Shown here: positions 59,059 through 64,000 of the stretch, piece after piece
How the letters are laid out: every line of letters starts with the position of its first letter
How positions within the stretch are numbered: position 1 is the first letter of the stretch
Source of the DNA: TPA_inf: Saccharomyces
Lineage: Eukaryota
DNA length: 64,000 bases
Assembly: GCA_000146045.2 (NCBI GenBank)
Contig: BK006948.2
Location: 992,001 to 1,056,000 of the forward strand
Direction: 5' to 3'
Translations under genes and position numbers: made by a program
Notes under the pieces: model-generated
Databases searched by the model: none
What the model saw: the letters and a program-made list of their open reading frames with translations, nothing else
What the model was told of the DNA's origin: nothing

Positions 59059-59289
59059 GTTCATATATAGAGAAATACTTCATCGTGGTATATAACCCAA
59101 ACTAATAGAAATAAATATAGTACGATCAAAGTGATAGAGAGGAGCCAGTATATCCCGTATCGTGCGATAAATATGAAAATTACAAGAGGCCATTCTCGAG
59201 TGAAAAGATACATTATTTTTTCAAGTAGAAACCTGAAAGAACTTCAGTAAGATAACTTAGCGCACACTTTCCTACTTTAAGCTCACCAA

Positions 59290-60930
59290 ATGGCATCCCC
59301 AGGATCGACAGCATTACCACACAAGCGACAAAGAGTCCGAAAGGCTTGCGTGCCCTGTAGGGAACGTAAAAGGAAATGTAATGGCAAATCTCCATGTGAA
59401 ATGTGCGTTGCCTATGGATATGTATGTCATTATATTGACGGTCGTGTCCCTTCGGCATCACCTCAAGTGCAACAAGTAGGTGAAACATCTCCTGATACGG
59501 AGAGCAGACCTTTTGTTCTTCCGGGTATACATAGAAACGAACAACCGCAGCCTATAAATACACAGAACGTTACAAGTCAAAACATTGTAGATCCAACTAA
59601 GTCTAGGTACACGATCCAGCACTCTGCAGTTGCTTTCCCCCGCTGTCTTGGTCTCGAACTCCGATCAACTAATCCTCCACGCCTACATTCCTTCGCTTGG
59701 CATTGCGGAATCAGACCGGAAGAAAATCCAAACTCACATGTCCTTCTTTCTGATTTAGTTACAAAGGAAGAGTATTACCGTATCTCAAAAGTTTATTTTT
59801 CAGTTGTTCACCCGATATTTGATGTTGTTAATCCAGAGCAACTGGCAAAGAATGTTGAAAAATACTGGGATGGCGACGTAAAAACCTTAGAGTATGGGGC
59901 TGTTATTGCAGGGGTGATAGCTTTAGGATCATTTTTTATGGGAAGTCTTGGCCATCCCCGAGAGATGGATATAGTACAATATGCCAAAGGGATCCTTGAT
60001 GACCCGACTTTCAGTCGCATTCCCACGGTGGAGCAAGTCTCCGCATGGGTTTTGCGCACCATTTACCTGCGAGCCACTTCGAGGCCCCATGTAGCATGGT
60101 TAGCTAGCTGCGTAACCATCCATCTTTCTGAGGCAATTGGCCTGCATCATGAGATTGACAGAGAGGATATAGCGATATCGAACAACGTTCCACCAAAAAG
60201 AACTACTGTAGTGAGCGAACACACTAGAAGATTATTTTGGTGTGCATGGTCAATCAATACCATTCTTTCATATGACTATGGGCGCTCAAGTGTTACGCTG
60301 AATAGAATTACTTGCAAGCCAGTTAAGGAGACGGACGGTAATTTTACAGCTCATTTAGTCGCGTTAGCACACCTGATTCCCCAAGACAGCGTGAACGCAA
60401 ACGCAGCGCAATTGTTGCAGGCCCTGGCGGCCGTTCATGAATCACCAAACGCACATCCGTTTTTGTCGTTGACCAAGGGTGATATATGCCTCTCTTTGTA
60501 TAGAAGACTTCGTTTGCTGAATCATATTCTTGATAAAAATGTTGTTTTACAAATAATTGATATCGGCAACACTGCGCTATCAGCAGCATACGCTCTTGTA
60601 AAACTGGATCAAGCATGGTGGAATGTGTTGAGCACCTCATTCCAGTACGTCTGTGTCCTTCTTGCCATCGACACACCGGAAAGTCTTTCACATGTTGCTA
60701 CTGCCATGAAAACGTTAGATAATATTACTCAAATTCTCGGTACACGTATTGCTTTTGAAGCACAAAAGACCGCAAAACTGCTTCTTGAGGATTCCATGAA
60801 AAAAAAAAGACAAGAAATTCAGCAGCTTGAGCAGGCAACTCACCAGAGATCTAATCTTGAAACTACTCACCTACTCGATATTGACTGGGATGCTTTGCTA
60901 GATCCATCAGACACGTTAAACTTTATGTAA
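59290..60930 (+). CDS. RDR1: Zn2Cys6 transcriptional repressor of drug-resistance genes (546 aa)
   Basis: CVPCRERKRKCNGKSPCEMC zinc cluster near the N-terminus. 546 aa. Confidence 0.85.
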   Translation: MASPGSTALPHKRQRVRKACVPCRERKRKCNGKSPCEMCVAYGYVCHYIDGRVPSASPQVQQVGETSPDTESRPFVLPGIHRNEQPQPINTQNVTSQNIVDPTKSRYTIQHSAVAFPRCLGLELRSTNPPRLHSFAWHCGIRPEENPNSHVLLSDLVTKEEYYRISKVYFSVVHPIFDVVNPEQLAKNVEKYWDGDVKTLEYGAVIAGVIALGSFFMGSLGHPREMDIVQYAKGILDDPTFSRIPTVEQVSAWVLRTIYLRATSRPHVAWLASCVTIHLSEAIGLHHEIDREDIAISNNVPPKRTTVVSEHTRRLFWCAWSINTILSYDYGRSSVTLNRITCKPVKETDGNFTAHLVALAHLIPQDSVNANAAQLLQALAAVHESPNAHPFLSLTKGDICLSLYRRLRLLNHILDKNVVLQIIDIGNTALSAAYALVKLDQAWWNVLSTSFQYVCVLLAIDTPESLSHVATAMKTLDNITQILGTRIAFEAQKTAKLLLEDSMKKKRQEIQQLEQATHQRSNLETTHLLDIDWDALLDPSDTLNFM

Positions 60931-63108
60931 AAGAGTATTATAGATTATGTGTATCGAGAAGCAAATTGATTTATAATTAGAGGGAATGGAATTGATGTTT
61001 AATACCTGCTTACTATATTTTATCTTTGATAATTGCGCAGAAAGTAATATATCCGGTATTTGAAAATAGGAAATTTAAAGAAATCCCGTCACGCCTGGAA
61101 TGAGGGGTGAAACCTTGACTGATATTATATTCTTTTCTTGGACATAGTGTCTGAACCAAATGCAAATTGCACTGCATTGCACCAAATTGATGGTTCAAGT
61201 TCGATCTATAAAAATACGAGAGAAGGTCTGACTGTTTATGTCAATACTCAAGAGGCTCAGGAACAGTGTTAAAGCTTGGAAGTTCAATTCATTAAAGAAA
61301 AGTTGATAACGTCAGGTGGAAAACCGAAAGATAAAAATAAAAGCAAGTCAAGATTTGAAGTATTGCTGAGCGAAATTTTGTTTGAGTGGTCCGGAAATTT
61401 TTATACACTTTATTAGTATTTGGTTTAGTGTAGGTGGGAAAGCTTAGAACGTATGTAGAAAAACATCCCTGAAGAGTTCTCTAGATCTTATCATCAGCAA
61501 TAAAAGAATGCCGTTGTGACACTTAAATAGTCATATCACATGCGGATACACTTCTAATACACTAGTCTTCTTTCACTGCCCTTTATTTATAAGACTCATG
61601 TCCAGTCTATTTTTTTTTTAAAAAAAAAGACTTTCAAGCTTTTTACAACTTGATATTCTAATATGAATAATGAATAATGAATAATTTAATTAATTGTTTT
61701 GTTTAAATTTTGTTCGGTCTCGGCTATATTTGGAAGAAAAATAGCCAGTACATACTTTCTACCACTTTCGCTCAATTATCAATAAAAACATTTAATCGAA
61801 AGTCATTCAAACTGAAAACTTCAAAAGTCATTTTTTTATTGCTTCCCATTCCAATCACAATTATGCTTTGAGCCAATTTCAGTAAAACTTTGAAAATACG
61901 TAGGCGCATCGCATCGCCTAACTTAATTCGCGGTTTAACTAGCTTCCTCCACCAGTTCCATAAAAAAATGATGGATCAGTGCAAAAAAATTTTATCATAA
62001 ATCTGATGAAGTATACTAAGCTGAATAAGCTGTAGGCCTTATTTGCTTTTTTCATACCCTTGGTTGGTACGACAGTAAAGATTGGCAGGTTCGGAGATAC
62101 AACTTTTTTTGAGGCTTAGAATGCTCGGCCTGCATAAAATGGCGTTAAAGTTGCGCACAGGCCCCGGAAACCCTGCCAAGGAATATTACATAAGTTGCAA
62201 CATCTTTTTCCAATACATGGTTAGAGAGTTTTTAATCGTTATACTTTTTTCTCATTTGATTAAAAAATATAAAATGAATTGCGAAATTCTTCTAGAAATG
62301 CGTTACTATTTTACGGTTGGCATTGCAAGATTATTATAACTACGAAGCAGTGTTGGAAAATATCATCTGGGAAGAAATTCCTATTTCTTGGGAAGAATTA
62401 CATGTGCATAAAAAGATAAAACCCTCGATCACCCAAAATTGACTTTGCGACTAAAAAGTGATTTTTTCAGCATATTGCATTTCAAAAAGTCGTTGTTTAG
62501 CACAACTCATAGAAAATAAATACTAGTATGATTCGGGAATTATTTATCAGTTAATTATAGGAGTACAGCCTTTTATAGAGTTGGCGAAGATAGCCAAAAG
62601 ATAAAAGCTTTGACGTACGTCTGTAAAAAGTGCCTTTTCTGATCGAATCCAGTTGCTCAGATATCCGGGAAGTTGTTAGCATTCATTGCTTTTCTGCACT
62701 ATATCAGCATATGAATGCTTTCAGTATTTTAATTTTACCCTTTCACGAAGTACGCCAGAAAATGATTGGAAACGTACTCAAAAACAAAGCAGGAAATAAG
62801 CGACGAAAATTTTTCATTTCAATTAAGAGGTACTGAGCGGCTACTTAACTTTTTCTGCAGTAAGTAATGACAGAGTATCACTACAGAATTCTGTGCCTCC
62901 GGTCTGGGAATGCAGCTAGGGAGACAGCACCCTTTTGCTAATAATGCGCCGGAAATGAAACATTTAGATAAAATCTAAAGTTACGAAAACAATACACTTT
63001 GAGGGAAAGATATCAGAGAATTAAAAGCTGCAAAGAACTATGACAAATTAACCGCTTTGTTGACCCTAGATCATAGTTTACACTGCGAACGGGATAGTTG
63101 CAACCTCT

Positions 63109-63116
63109 TTTGTAAA
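63109..63116 (+). promoter_or_regulatory. Aft1/Aft2 iron-responsive element TGCACCCA, about 430 bp upstream of FRE3
   Basis: Exact YRCACCCR match. Confidence 0.5.
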
Positions 63117-63544
63117 ATGCACCCATATCTCATTTTGCCTTTATTTCGGGTGTATAATAGGAGAAAAATTTGAATGGTAAAGAATAAGTCCCTTGCGAGT
63201 GTCAAGAGAAGCACAATTATTATTACTATTGGTGACGTGATTGAACTCGAGAATTTTCCTGGACCGATATTTGAGTTTTACGTGGAATGTGGGTGTACCT
63301 CATCTCAAAGAATTGGCGAAAAGCCAAACTTCTTAATTCTAACAAAAGCTACTGATTCGTTGGCGATGAAAGACTCTTTTTTTTGGCTGTCAGAAGCTTT
63401 CATCTTTGACATAGATGTACAGAATTTGATCAATTGTTTATATTAAAAGATTCGTCGCAACTTATATAAGGTGGCAAGAGAATGATTAACTTCAATTGCT
63501 GATGAACGTTCTCAATTCAAAAATTATAAGACACAAGGAAAACA

Positions 63545-64000
63545 ATGTATTGGGTCCTCCTTTGTGGTTCTATTTTGTTATGCTGCTTGTCAGGAGCAAG
63601 CGCCTCCCCTGCTAAGACAAAAATGTACGGCAAGTTACCACTGGTTTTGACAGATGCCTGCATGGGAGTTCTCGGCGAAGTAACCTGGGAGTATAGTAGT
63701 GACGATTTATATTCCTCACCAGCATGTACATATGAACCGGCATTACAGTCAATGTTGTATTGTATTTACGAATCATTGAATGAAAAGGGTTATTCCAATA
63801 GAACCTTTGAAAAAACCTTTGCTGCTATCAAAGAAGACTGCGCATATTACACTGATAACCTTCAGAATATGACTAATGCAGATTTCTATAATATGCTGAA
63901 TAATGGAACAACATACATAATACAGTATTCTGAAGGTAGCGCGAATCTTACGTATCCAATCGAGATGGATGCCCAAGTGAGAGAAAACTATTATTATTCT
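63545..64000 (+). CDS. FRE3: Ferric/cupric reductase, N-terminal 152 codons only (runs off the window end)
   Basis: ATG at 63545. Signal peptide MYWVLLCGSILLCCLSGASASPAKT, then an FRE-family N-terminal region. No stop before the window end. Aft1 site upstream. Confidence 0.75.
   Translation, partial: MYWVLLCGSILLCCLSGASASPAKTKMYGKLPLVLTDACMGVLGEVTWEYSSDDLYSSPACTYEPALQSMLYCIYESLNEKGYSNRTFEKTFAAIKEDCAYYTDNLQNMTNADFYNMLNNGTTYIIQYSEGSANLTYPIEMDAQVRENYYYS

Noticed and set aside
62264-62274. 11/11 match to the ARS consensus (revcomp of TTTTATATTTT), plus a 10/11 match at 31320-31330
   Set aside because: A/T-only 11-mers of this type occur frequently in yeast intergenic DNA. Without a B-element or easily-unwound context or replication data, this is not evidence for an origin.

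Overview
This window is nuclear DNA of a budding yeast, and every large ORF matches a named, characterised Saccharomyces cerevisiae gene. Gene order places it on the right arm of chromosome XV, from the 3' end of CIN1 (YOR349W) to the 5' end of FRE3 (YOR381W). I can support 29 protein-coding genes (27 complete, 2 truncated by the window edges), none with an intron. I see no convincing tRNA, rRNA or Ty/LTR, nothing CRISPR-like, and no sign of an undescribed multi-gene system. What remains worth a second look is at the regulatory and repeat level: sequence-specific promoter elements, coding trinucleotide repeats, long dA:dT tracts, a 9-bp minisatellite, and a few unusually long ORF-free intervals. 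The largest interval is about 3.2 kb between GDH1 and ATF1. The supplied ORF track initiates at TTG/GTG/CTG as well as ATG, so nine gene starts are moved to the first in-frame ATG in the feature table. All coordinates were read by eye and may be off by 1 or 2 nt.
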